Shown here: positions 28,592 through 36,974 of the stretch, piece after piece
How the letters are laid out: each line of letters starts with the position of its first letter
How positions within the stretch are numbered: position 1 is the stretch's first letter
Virus record (IMG/VR): IMGVR_UViG_3300021092_002038
Span: 16,468-80,467 of that record
Length of the DNA stretch: 64,000 bases
Strand: one strand, 5' to 3'
Source of the DNA: a virus
Position numbers and translations under genes: made by a program
Notes under the pieces: generated by a model
Databases searched by the model: none
What the model was told of the DNA's origin: nothing
The model's input: the letters and a program-made list of their open reading frames with translations, nothing else

Positions 28592-29665
28592 TTATTTTAT
28601 AAAATTATCTAGTTTAGTAAACACTTCGCTGAGCCATACATTTCCATTTGGAATATTATTCCAAATTTTATCCTCTCGCATTAACCCTATAAATTGCATT
28701 CTATTTAATCTAGAAATTTGAGAATCTATTATTTCGTTTATTCTTAATTGTGTAAAACTTTGAATCTGAGTGTCATTCAACTGCATTAAATCATAATTTC
28801 TTTGTGCAACAGATTTGTTGTCTAAAATGGTATCGTGCAACTTATATTTTCCCTTATGACTTTCACAGTAATTAAATATCTCATCCAAGCTATATCGATA
28901 ATTATGTTCAAATATAGGAAAACACTTTTTTATAGTTTTTAATCCTGCTCCGTATATTCCATCAATATTATCACTCACATCGCCTTCTAATACTCTATAA
29001 TTTATGAAATTTTCACAACTTATTCCATACTCAGATAAAATTTCCGCACAACCATAAAGTTTTTTCTTTGTGGAACTCCAAATTTTAACTCGATTACTTG
29101 CTAATTGTAAAAAGTCTTTATCAGAAGACATTATTGTAATATTACTGTCTTTAAATTTGTCTAATGACAAATATGCAATTACATCATCCGCCTCAACGTT
29201 ATCTACACACAACACAGTTACAGGTAAGTTTTTTAAATAATCTACCGTTCTAATTAATTGTTTCTTTAAATTCTTTTCTTCGGTATCTGCATCGGCGTTA
29301 TCTAAATAAGTTCTATTTATTCTGATTTTAGTTACCCGTTTATTTTTGTAATCGGGATAGATTTTTCTTCTTTTTTGACTTCCTCCTGAACCGTCAAAAA
29401 CAATTACGCATTTTGTAGGGTTAAAAAGTTTGATGGCATATCCGATACTCTTTAAGAATCCGGATATGCCACCTGTGTGTATTCCATCTGCGTTCATATA
29501 TGGTGATACGCAAAAACTTTTTATGAAAGTATTTAATCCATCAATTATTAATATATCCGACAGTTGATTTTTTTGTAATCCTGTTGTCGATGTTTCTTCA
29601 TTTTTATTTACACTTTCAAATAAAGAATACAATTTTTTTTTATCTGAAGAATTAATACTTTCCAT
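28592..29665 (-). CDS. 5'-3' exonuclease / RNase H (T4 Rnh, FEN-like)
   Basis: IIDGLN, VFDG, YKNKR, EADDVIA, SSDKDFLQL, GDVSDNIDG. Confidence 0.9.
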   Translation of the reverse strand: MESINSSDKKKLYSLFESVNKNEETSTTGLQKNQLSDILIIDGLNTFIKSFCVSPYMNADGIHTGGISGFLKSIGYAIKLFNPTKCVIVFDGSGGSQKRRKIYPDYKNKRVTKIRINRTYLDNADADTEEKNLKKQLIRTVDYLKNLPVTVLCVDNVEADDVIAYLSLDKFKDSNITIMSSDKDFLQLASNRVKIWSSTKKKLYGCAEILSEYGISCENFINYRVLEGDVSDNIDGIYGAGLKTIKKCFPIFEHNYRYSLDEIFNYCESHKGKYKLHDTILDNKSVAQRNYDLMQLNDTQIQSFTQLRINEIIDSQISRLNRMQFIGLMREDKIWNNIPNGNVWLSEVFTKLDNFIK

Positions 29666-29667
29666 TT

Positions 29668-30819
29668 TTACTCCTCGTCAGATTCGTCCTCATTAGTATC
29701 TACAACTGTATCGTCAACAATTATACTGTTCGGGTCTTTATATTTCATTATTACAGACTCAGATATTTTATTATACAATTCTTCCTTAAACAAAGGATCT
29801 TTTGTCATCATATCAACCAAATCTTTAGATTGAAACTGAATTTCTTCTCCATTTACTTTAGTATATTTATAATAAGCGCCGGCTTGTTTTATTATGTTTT
29901 GTTCTTTTAATACTTTTAACCAGCTCGCATAATCCGCAATGCCACTATCAAAATAGATATCAAAACTTGCTTGTCGTTGTGGTGGCCCCATTCTATTTTT
30001 TACAACTTGTGCTTTGCATTCATTACCAATTACTTCTTCTCCCTTTTTAAGTTTTCCAGTATTATTAAGCCTCACTCTAACTGAACAATGATAGGCTAAC
30101 GCCTTACCGCCACTTACAGTATATTTGTCTCCGAATGCCATCGCATTGAGATTTTGTCTTAATTGATTAGTGAAAACAATCAATACTTTTTGTCTACCAA
30201 TCATGTTAGTAATTTTTCGCATTGCTTTACTAATAATAATTGATTTAGCCGTTGCAAATCCATCTTTGCCATGTTCGCTTTCTTGTTCAGTTTTAGTCGA
30301 CGCAGCCGCCACAGAATCTACTATAATCGTAAGAATTCTATCTTTATTACTTTTTCTAACCACGGATATTAGTTTTTCCATCTGTTCAAAAATATCTTCT
30401 ACCGTTTCGCATGGAGAATACGGAAGATTTTTTAAATCTACACCTAAGCTTTTCCAAAACTCAGGCGCGGCTGCATTCTCCGTATCGATAACTACTGCAA
30501 TGCCACCTTTCTTTTGTGTATTTGCTACAATATGAGCAGAAATCAAACTTTTTCCCGTTCCTTCTAATCCGTTAAATTCTACCATTCTGCCAACAGGAAG
30601 TCCTCCGTTTGGACGATTACTTATCGCTAAATCTAACAAAGATGAACCTGTGGAAATCCAGTCGGATATTGTGGAAGGATCGTCTTGATCATCTAAGAAA
30701 TATACTTTTTTTCCTTCTTTGGAATCTTTATTTAAAGCATCTGCTAATTCAGATACTAATTCGTCTCGGTCTTGTTTAGATTCAATTGTTGCGTTTTTTG
30801 TACTTTTATTTTTTGCCAT
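29668..30819 (-). CDS. recA: RecA/UvsX recombinase
   Basis: ISTGS..LD, GLEGTGKS, IDTE, VDSVAA, NQLR, SGGKAL, VVKNR; AGGAG SD. Confidence 0.92.
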   Translation of the reverse strand: MAKNKSTKNATIESKQDRDELVSELADALNKDSKEGKKVYFLDDQDDPSTISDWISTGSSLLDLAISNRPNGGLPVGRMVEFNGLEGTGKSLISAHIVANTQKKGGIAVVIDTENAAAPEFWKSLGVDLKNLPYSPCETVEDIFEQMEKLISVVRKSNKDRILTIIVDSVAAASTKTEQESEHGKDGFATAKSIIISKAMRKITNMIGRQKVLIVFTNQLRQNLNAMAFGDKYTVSGGKALAYHCSVRVRLNNTGKLKKGEEVIGNECKAQVVKNRMGPPQRQASFDIYFDSGIADYASWLKVLKEQNIIKQAGAYYKYTKVNGEEIQFQSKDLVDMMTKDPLFKEELYNKISESVIMKYKDPNSIIVDDTVVDTNEDESDEE

Positions 30820-30830
30820 AAAACTCCTTT

Positions 30831-30869
30831 TAAAAGGGGGGAGAGGCGAGTATTTCGCCTCTCCCCGTT
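30831..30869 (-). terminator. Intrinsic terminator after SSB gene
   Basis: - strand GGGGAGAGGCGA-AATAC-TCGCCTCTCCCC followed by CCTTTT. Confidence 0.85.
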
Positions 30870-30887
30870 AAGTTTACCAAATGTATA

Positions 30888-31709
30888 TTAACTATTAAAC
30901 AAATTATCAAATGCTTTGGTAACGTCTTCAACATTTGATTTTGCGGCGGTCGCGCTAGGCGATTTAGTAGTAGGATTTTTAGCTGCTTCAACTGCGGCCG
31001 TCTCTACCTCTTCGGCTGTAGGAACGGGTTCTTCAGTTCCGCCATTTTCGGCATCATTTGATGCCAACCAAGCTTCCATAACTGCCTTAAGCTCGTCATA
31101 ACTAAGCTCAGGAAATATTTCAAGAAGATTTGGCTGACTGCTGATCATTGAAACCATTTCTTTATTATTTGGATCAACCGCTGGAGAAACGTTTGGCTTA
31201 ACTCTGATAGCCGTCTCAGGATATTGTTTACCCGTCTCATTGGCCGTCTTAAACTCTACAACCACGTCACGTCCCTTAACTAGATCGGTAATGTCACCAA
31301 AATCTGGATCTGCGATGATTGCCAAAATCTCTTGGTATACATTCTTACCAAATCCCCAGAACTTAACACCTTCAAATTCTTGTCCACGGACAATTACTGG
31401 AGCAAAAGTTCTCATTTTTGGTTCAATTTTTCGACCAAACTTCCATTCCTCTTTATCTCCGCTTCTCTTTAGCTTATTGGAGAATTCTACAATAGGATCT
31501 GGTCGATTGAAAGAATCTGGACTCAAATAAGTTTTTCCGTTAAGTCCATAATGAAACTTCAATTCAATAAATGGGTTTTCAATATTGTGCTTGTAGGGAA
31601 CGATTCGAATAACTTGTTTACCAGGTGATGGTTTCCAAATTAAATTGCTTTTGGTATTGTTTGAAAATGAGTTCAAACGACTCTTAATTTTTTCTATGTT
31701 TAATGGCAT
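30888..31709 (-). CDS. Single-stranded DNA-binding protein (T4 gp32-like)
   Basis: WKP..G...IRIVP, PF.E..FHY, DPI, GVKFWGFG, DITD..GRD, acidic tail ending AFDNLFNS; next to recA. Confidence 0.85.
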   Translation of the reverse strand: MPLNIEKIKSRLNSFSNNTKSNLIWKPSPGKQVIRIVPYKHNIENPFIELKFHYGLNGKTYLSPDSFNRPDPIVEFSNKLKRSGDKEEWKFGRKIEPKMRTFAPVIVRGQEFEGVKFWGFGKNVYQEILAIIADPDFGDITDLVKGRDVVVEFKTANETGKQYPETAIRVKPNVSPAVDPNNKEMVSMISSQPNLLEIFPELSYDELKAVMEAWLASNDAENGGTEEPVPTAEEVETAAVEAAKNPTTKSPSATAAKSNVEDVTKAFDNLFNS

Positions 31710-31811
31710 AATGTTATTTTTTAATTTTTAATTAGTAAATAAGTTAATTATTAACTACTCTGTTAAGTATTTTCTTATCACCAATAAATAGTATCGTATA
31801 CTAGTATTCAA

Positions 31812-32726
31812 TCAGTTGGAAGTTATTTTAACTAAAATTTTTTTAGAATAATTATATCTATAAAATTCACAGTTTAGATGTGAGATTATTTTTTTATGAC
31901 GTGCTTCATCTTTTTCAGTTAGTTTACCGTTTTTATAATGCCTGGGCTCATCGTATTCTACCACAATATTTTTATCTTTGTCGTATCCATCAACCCAATA
32001 TCCCAATTCTTTTATATAATACTCTCCACCATTCATTGCATGAATAAGATTCCATCCGTTTTTAATATTAAGTTCATCCAAATAACGGCACGCTTCTATA
32101 TTAAAATTTGGAGCAGATTGTCCATTATATAATTGTTCTCGTCGTTTATTATGAGACATTCTTATTTTATTGCGTACTTCGTCTCGTTTAGCCGGATTTA
32201 ATTCTCCTGTTCTTTTTCCTGAATTTGATCCGCTTATTTTTTTCTTAGCATCCTCTGTGTGATGTTTTCCAAAAAAAGGATGTCGTGTTCCTGATCGACC
32301 CATACATGGTGCATTATCTCCAGAATTTGATTGGCTTATTTTTTTCTTAGTATCTTCTGTGTGATGTTTTCCATACATCGGATGATTTTTTCCACAATTT
32401 TTTAAACTTATTTTATTTTTAGTTTCGTTTGATAATTTTTTACCAATTTTTATGTCACGCATTTTATTTTTAGACTCCACTGTATGTTTTTTACCGTACA
32501 TGGGGTGTTTTTTTCCAGAAAAATCTCTACACGCCATACAATTTCCGTTTAATCGGCGTATCAAATCCGTCTTCAATCCGTAAAACATAAAGTTTTCACA
32601 TTTTTTACAACGTCGGAAATATTTTCTTTTTGAATCGACTAAAATATATGGATAATTTTTTGTTCTGTCAAAATTAATATAATATTCGATTTCATTATAT
32701 TTAATTTTGGTCATGTTAATTGACAT
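31812..32726 (-). CDS. Free-standing homing endonuclease-like protein (NUMOD3 repeats + C-terminal Vsr/DUF559-like nuclease)
   Basis: HPMYGKKHTVESK / HPMYGKHHTEDTK / HPFFGKHHTEDAK repeats; YWVDGYD...VVEYDEPRH. Confidence 0.75.
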   Translation of the reverse strand: MSINMTKIKYNEIEYYINFDRTKNYPYILVDSKRKYFRRCKKCENFMFYGLKTDLIRRLNGNCMACRDFSGKKHPMYGKKHTVESKNKMRDIKIGKKLSNETKNKISLKNCGKNHPMYGKHHTEDTKKKISQSNSGDNAPCMGRSGTRHPFFGKHHTEDAKKKISGSNSGKRTGELNPAKRDEVRNKIRMSHNKRREQLYNGQSAPNFNIEACRYLDELNIKNGWNLIHAMNGGEYYIKELGYWVDGYDKDKNIVVEYDEPRHYKNGKLTEKDEARHKKIISHLNCEFYRYNYSKKILVKITSN

Positions 32727-32768
32727 AAAGCTTAATCGTAATTTATCATAATAAAATAACCGCGTAGA

Positions 32769-33197
32769 TTATTTGGTTAATTGATTCACTATTTCTTTTT
32801 TAAAATCAATATATTTGTTGTTAATTTCTGGATATTTTTCAGCTATACTATTCCACTCAACATCTAATAACTTTATATTTTTATTATAGTTATCTAAATC
32901 TATGTTACCGATTGCGTGTACAACCGCATCTACAATTTTTTGTGTTTCGCTTATACCGGCTTTTATATCTATTCTTTTTTTTCTATCAATATAATTTGTT
33001 ATTACATGTAACACTTTAGACTTCATTGCAAAATCTTTATCATCATACGGATTTATTTTTGTGGCTGGAAAAGTTCCATTTTTATCATCTTGCGAGTTTG
33101 TTGAATCGAATGGGTCACGGGGTTCATTTTCCAATCCTTGTAAATTCATTTCGTATAAAACTTCTTGTATCAACGATTTTAGTTCTTTTTTTTTCAT
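32769..33197 (-). CDS. Hypothetical protein with ELKSLIQEV leader
   Basis: MKKKELKSLIQEVLYE, near-identical to the leader of 21880..22866. Confidence 0.6.
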   Translation of the reverse strand: MKKKELKSLIQEVLYEMNLQGLENEPRDPFDSTNSQDDKNGTFPATKINPYDDKDFAMKSKVLHVITNYIDRKKRIDIKAGISETQKIVDAVVHAIGNIDLDNYNKNIKLLDVEWNSIAEKYPEINNKYIDFKKEIVNQLTK

Positions 33198-33215
33198 GAT
33201 ATTTTTTAGTTATTT

Positions 33216-33605
33216 TCAAATTTTTATAATGTCAATTAGTTCAAGATTAATAGTTCGATAACCAATATCTGTGGTTATGATCAATGTGTTTTGAAATAAG
33301 TTCCAATCTATCTGATAATTTTTATCTAATCTTCCTCCGGTTTCTTCTTGAATAATTCTATTTAAAGAATTTAATGTGTAAAGTGTGTTTGTTTGTTTTT
33401 TTCTATGAATTGAAATTGTAGCAGGAAATTTTTTGTAAATTCCTTCGGAAAAAATATTGTAAGTCAAAATTATAGAGTCATCTTTTGATTTATCTTTAAA
33501 AATGAAAAATTTTTTATCCGATAAAGTATAGAAACTTTTTATGGTTGTTATTAATCCGACATACTCTTTAACATTAGAAAATGTACATAACAATTGAATT
33601 TTCAT
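33216..33605 (-). CDS. Hypothetical protein
   Basis: 129-aa ORF (QLLCTF, TYN, HRKKQTNTLYTLNSLN), coupled to upstream gene. Confidence 0.65.
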   Translation of the reverse strand: MKIQLLCTFSNVKEYVGLITTIKSFYTLSDKKFFIFKDKSKDDSIILTYNIFSEGIYKKFPATISIHRKKQTNTLYTLNSLNRIIQEETGGRLDKNYQIDWNLFQNTLIITTDIGYRTINLELIDIIKI

Positions 33606-34324
33606 TTTCTAATTAAAAAAGTGTTGTTAGATTCGTCAAAAAATTGAGTGCCGATTAATTCTCCGTCTTGAGTATACCAACGTTTGTCTTTTTTATAAAA
33701 ATTAAGTTTTTTCGCTTCTTCAATAGTATACGTTATTGACTCGTTAGTTAAAATCTTTTCTACATATTCTTCTTTAGCTTTTTCAATTTCTTTATCTGCC
33801 ATCATAGATTTTACGTCAGGTGTCGAACCGGAAATAGGTATAGATGCTGGATCAGACGTGGGTGTAGAAACGTTTATGGTTGAAGAATCCGGATCGGCCG
33901 CTGGAGCTGCTGGAGCTGCTGGAGCTGCTGGAGCTGCTGGAGCTGCTGGAGCTGCTGGAGCTGCTGGAGCTGCTGGAGCTGCTGGAGCTGCTGGAGCAGT
34001 GATTGGTGTTGAAAATTGAAGGTTTGTTTGTCCGGCTTTAGGATTTTTTTCAAAATGGGTGCCTCTTTGTATAGCTCGTTGTTTATATTCTGCGGTCGGA
34101 AACGTCACTAATATTCCATTGTTATTATAAGCTTGTCTTTCTGGAAATCTTCCTTCTAACATGCGATTTCTCACGGCAATAGATTCTTCTTTGGAAGCTC
34201 CCATATTTTGTAAATATTCTTGAAATATATCAAGATGATCGTTATTATCAATTTCAAAAGTTCCGTTTGAAATTCTTTCATCCAATGAGATTTTATTTAA
34301 AAATTTTTCAGCTATAGTATTCAT
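33602..34324 (-). CDS. Hypothetical protein with (PAA)n linker
   Basis: 240-aa ORF containing a perfect Pro-Ala-Ala run. Confidence 0.65.
   Translation of the reverse strand: MNTIAEKFLNKISLDERISNGTFEIDNNDHLDIFQEYLQNMGASKEESIAVRNRMLEGRFPERQAYNNNGILVTFPTAEYKQRAIQRGTHFEKNPKAGQTNLQFSTPITAPAAPAAPAAPAAPAAPAAPAAPAAPAAPAAPAADPDSSTINVSTPTSDPASIPISGSTPDVKSMMADKEIEKAKEEYVEKILTNESITYTIEEAKKLNFYKKDKRWYTQDGELIGTQFFDESNNTFLIRK
33900..33997. repeat. Perfect 9-bp tandem repeat (gctggagct) x 11
   Basis: ctggag recurs every 9 bp from 33901 to 33991. Confidence 0.95.
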
Positions 34325-34326
34325 AA

Positions 34327-35523
34327 TTAATTAACAAGTGTAACTTGTGGTCTAACAGATTGGTTTATAGAAAAGAACTTGAATTTTGGATTACTCAAAA
34401 AATTATTATTTTCATCAATAATAATCAATTTTAAATCGGGCGTGTTGTAAATTTGATTTATTTCCTTTACAACCTGTTCTCCAAAATTTTCTACATTTGG
34501 ATATTGATTTAAAAAGCTATTTACAATGACCCCCACATCTTCCGAAAAAGATACAATTTCTTCGGTGTCTTGTTGATCCAAAGTTGGTTCGATTTGCGTG
34601 GGTGTTTTTTGTCCCGCCGACGTTGAAGCTGATTTTTTAATATCATCAAACGGCAATTTAAAATAAACATCTTTGTCGACATCATTAACTTTAAATATAA
34701 AGTTTTTTCCTGTTGTCGTGGATGAACTTATACTCTTTTCTTTCTTTTGTTCAACGGTATACTCTTTTAATTGTTTCAAAAAGTCGTAAAATTTTTGTAT
34801 TTTTTTTGTTGTCCAAGAAGCTCTTGATCCTTCCCCGAGATCATCTGTCGATCGCCCTCTATCTTTATAATTTAAGATTGAAAAAAATATATTATTAAAC
34901 TCTACTATTAATTTGCCTTCTTTATATTTTTTAGATTTTAATAAGCTTTCCAGATTTAATATTAATTTATTAAAATCGGTTATGGTATTCAAATTTAAAT
35001 TGGTACCAAATCGTATTGCTTCTTTAGGGGTTTTTATTTTTTTAATCTCGTATGAGATTCCTCCAACTTGAACGTCTCCCTTTTTTCCTTTCGGAATTTT
35101 AGTTGCGCCATTTACAAGTAAAAGAATCGCAAACTCGCCTTCTCCAACTTCCTTTTTTTGAAAACTTAAAAGTGTGGGATTTTGTTGTAAAAACTTAAAT
35201 GCATCTCCTAATGTTTGAGATGGATAGTTTGTTTTAAAATTAACTAATTGATTATTTACGGTGTTTAAATACTCGTCCGATATATCGGTTCCCATGAATT
35301 TTTTCCAAGTGGCTTTTACATATTCTCGTGTGCCATTTATATCAACACTATTTTCAAACAATTGTTTAATTGTGTTTTCTTTAAAAAATGAATTGTAGTT
35401 ACTTTTAATTAAAAAATCCTCAAAATCTAGAAAACTGTTGCGATCTTTTATATTGAAATTAACTCCGCCATCATGTCGGTTCATGAAATATTCATTTAAT
35501 ATTTTTTCCAAACTAAGGTTCAT
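34327..35523 (-). CDS. Hypothetical protein with PD-(D/E)XK-like core
   Basis: VGEGEFAILLL...KGDVQV....YEIKK resembles a restriction-endonuclease-like active site; TATTTATA upstream. Confidence 0.5.
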   Translation of the reverse strand: MNLSLEKILNEYFMNRHDGGVNFNIKDRNSFLDFEDFLIKSNYNSFFKENTIKQLFENSVDINGTREYVKATWKKFMGTDISDEYLNTVNNQLVNFKTNYPSQTLGDAFKFLQQNPTLLSFQKKEVGEGEFAILLLVNGATKIPKGKKGDVQVGGISYEIKKIKTPKEAIRFGTNLNLNTITDFNKLILNLESLLKSKKYKEGKLIVEFNNIFFSILNYKDRGRSTDDLGEGSRASWTTKKIQKFYDFLKQLKEYTVEQKKEKSISSSTTTGKNFIFKVNDVDKDVYFKLPFDDIKKSASTSAGQKTPTQIEPTLDQQDTEEIVSFSEDVGVIVNSFLNQYPNVENFGEQVVKEINQIYNTPDLKLIIIDENNNFLSNPKFKFFSINQSVRPQVTLVN

Positions 35524-35565
35524 CGATACAATATAAATATTAAGAGATATAGTAAAAAGTGTTAA

Positions 35566-36927
35566 TTATATATCAATTGATACCAAGTCTTGATAATTCT
35601 TACCAATGTGACATTTTACGGGAAATTGGTTGTCTACCATGATAGTTTTTATATTTACTAAGGTGTCTTTTTTATCATCTTTACACACATCAACCAAGAT
35701 AGAATCGTATGTGTATAATACAACCTTTGACTTCTTGTTTTTTAAATAGTGATTGACTCGGTTTATATTTTGAATACTAAACTCAGTTTCTGCTGCTTGC
35801 AACAAATAGTTAAAAAGTTTATTTGGGTTGGCATCGTGAATATGTTTATTTGTTATTCTTCTTTTAAATATCGGCGTCTCAACATATTGGTTTTGATTGA
35901 AGAAATCCCATCGGTGTGTGATGTATTCGTCTACTTTTTTAAAATAATCAATATTTTTATATTCTTCTCTAACGCCACCGTAAAGATTTTGAAAAGTCAA
36001 ATTTTTAGCCTTTTTTAAGTCTTCCACAGTTATTTCTTCTTTTTCAAAATACTGTTTTGCCAAATATTCATAAATATTAAGTGATAAATCAAGTTTGTAA
36101 TTTATTAAATTCGCAATAATGTGTGGGTGATATGCGCTATAATCTATACTTAAAAGCATTCCGTCGTCGCCAAATCTAGACACAAAAGCAGATCTACAGC
36201 CATCTTCTTTATTTAATGCCGCGTAATTTATTTTTCCGAATCTATTGCTTGGTCTACCCGTCGAGGTGAAAAGATTGTATTCGGTATAAACAAAATTGGA
36301 TTTTTGCTCAATTTCTTTTTCCTTAAAAAATTCATTGAATTTAATCACATCAACATATAACCCATTCGATTCAACTTCAGCTAATGTCTCAGTGATAATT
36401 CCATTTAACTGTGAAAAAGACTCATCTATATAAAAATCAGTCATAGATGATCTCATTTTTTTATAATTTTTTTCAAACAATTCTATATGTTTGCTCACAG
36501 GTATTATATAATTAACATCAACTCGATCATCTATATTTTTATATTTTATAAAATCGTGATAATTGGTCGTGGTCACTTCATCCAAAGAATCGGTTCCTTT
36601 TTGAAATTTAAAAATTAAAACGTCGTTTACGTTTTTGATTTTAAATAAATGTATAAATTTCTTTTTATCTGTTACAAATATTTTTTTTGATTTTTGTATA
36701 ATTAAATTTAAAGTGTTGTTTATATTTAAATTTGAAAAATTTAAATCCTGATGAGTTTGGTTTAACAAATATAGCTCGTCAGTTTTTATATTTTTTATAA
36801 ATAACAAAATTATCTCGTTTTTAATAGAATGAACATTATGATTTTTTACAACGTAGTCTATAAATACTTCTTGATTGCATATATTGTTTAAAAAACTATT
36901 ATAGTTTGTTGTATTCAACGACATCAT
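35566..36927 (-). CDS. Compact family A DNA polymerase
   Basis: TSTGRPS, motif A IDYSAYHP, motif B KKAKNLTFQNLYG, NYLLQ, motif C YTYDS; start moved to ATG 36927 because the track's TTG at 36963 is the -35 box. Confidence 0.85.
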   Translation of the reverse strand: MMSLNTTNYNSFLNNICNQEVFIDYVVKNHNVHSIKNEIILLFIKNIKTDELYLLNQTHQDLNFSNLNINNTLNLIIQKSKKIFVTDKKKFIHLFKIKNVNDVLIFKFQKGTDSLDEVTTTNYHDFIKYKNIDDRVDVNYIIPVSKHIELFEKNYKKMRSSMTDFYIDESFSQLNGIITETLAEVESNGLYVDVIKFNEFFKEKEIEQKSNFVYTEYNLFTSTGRPSNRFGKINYAALNKEDGCRSAFVSRFGDDGMLLSIDYSAYHPHIIANLINYKLDLSLNIYEYLAKQYFEKEEITVEDLKKAKNLTFQNLYGGVREEYKNIDYFKKVDEYITHRWDFFNQNQYVETPIFKRRITNKHIHDANPNKLFNYLLQAAETEFSIQNINRVNHYLKNKKSKVVLYTYDSILVDVCKDDKKDTLVNIKTIMVDNQFPVKCHIGKNYQDLVSIDI

Positions 36928-36935
36928 CGTGTAAG

Positions 36936-36963
36936 AATCTAACATCCAAAACAAAACAGTCAA
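36936..36963 (-). promoter_or_regulatory. Sigma70-like promoter TTGACT-N16-TAGATT
   Basis: Ends 8 nt upstream of the ATG at 36927. Confidence 0.55.
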
Positions 36964-36974
36964 TTATTTTATCA

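Noticed and set aside
24305-30819. Inteins or introns in RNR, helicase or RecA
   Set aside because: Lengths are ordinary, with no intein-like insertions or interrupted frames
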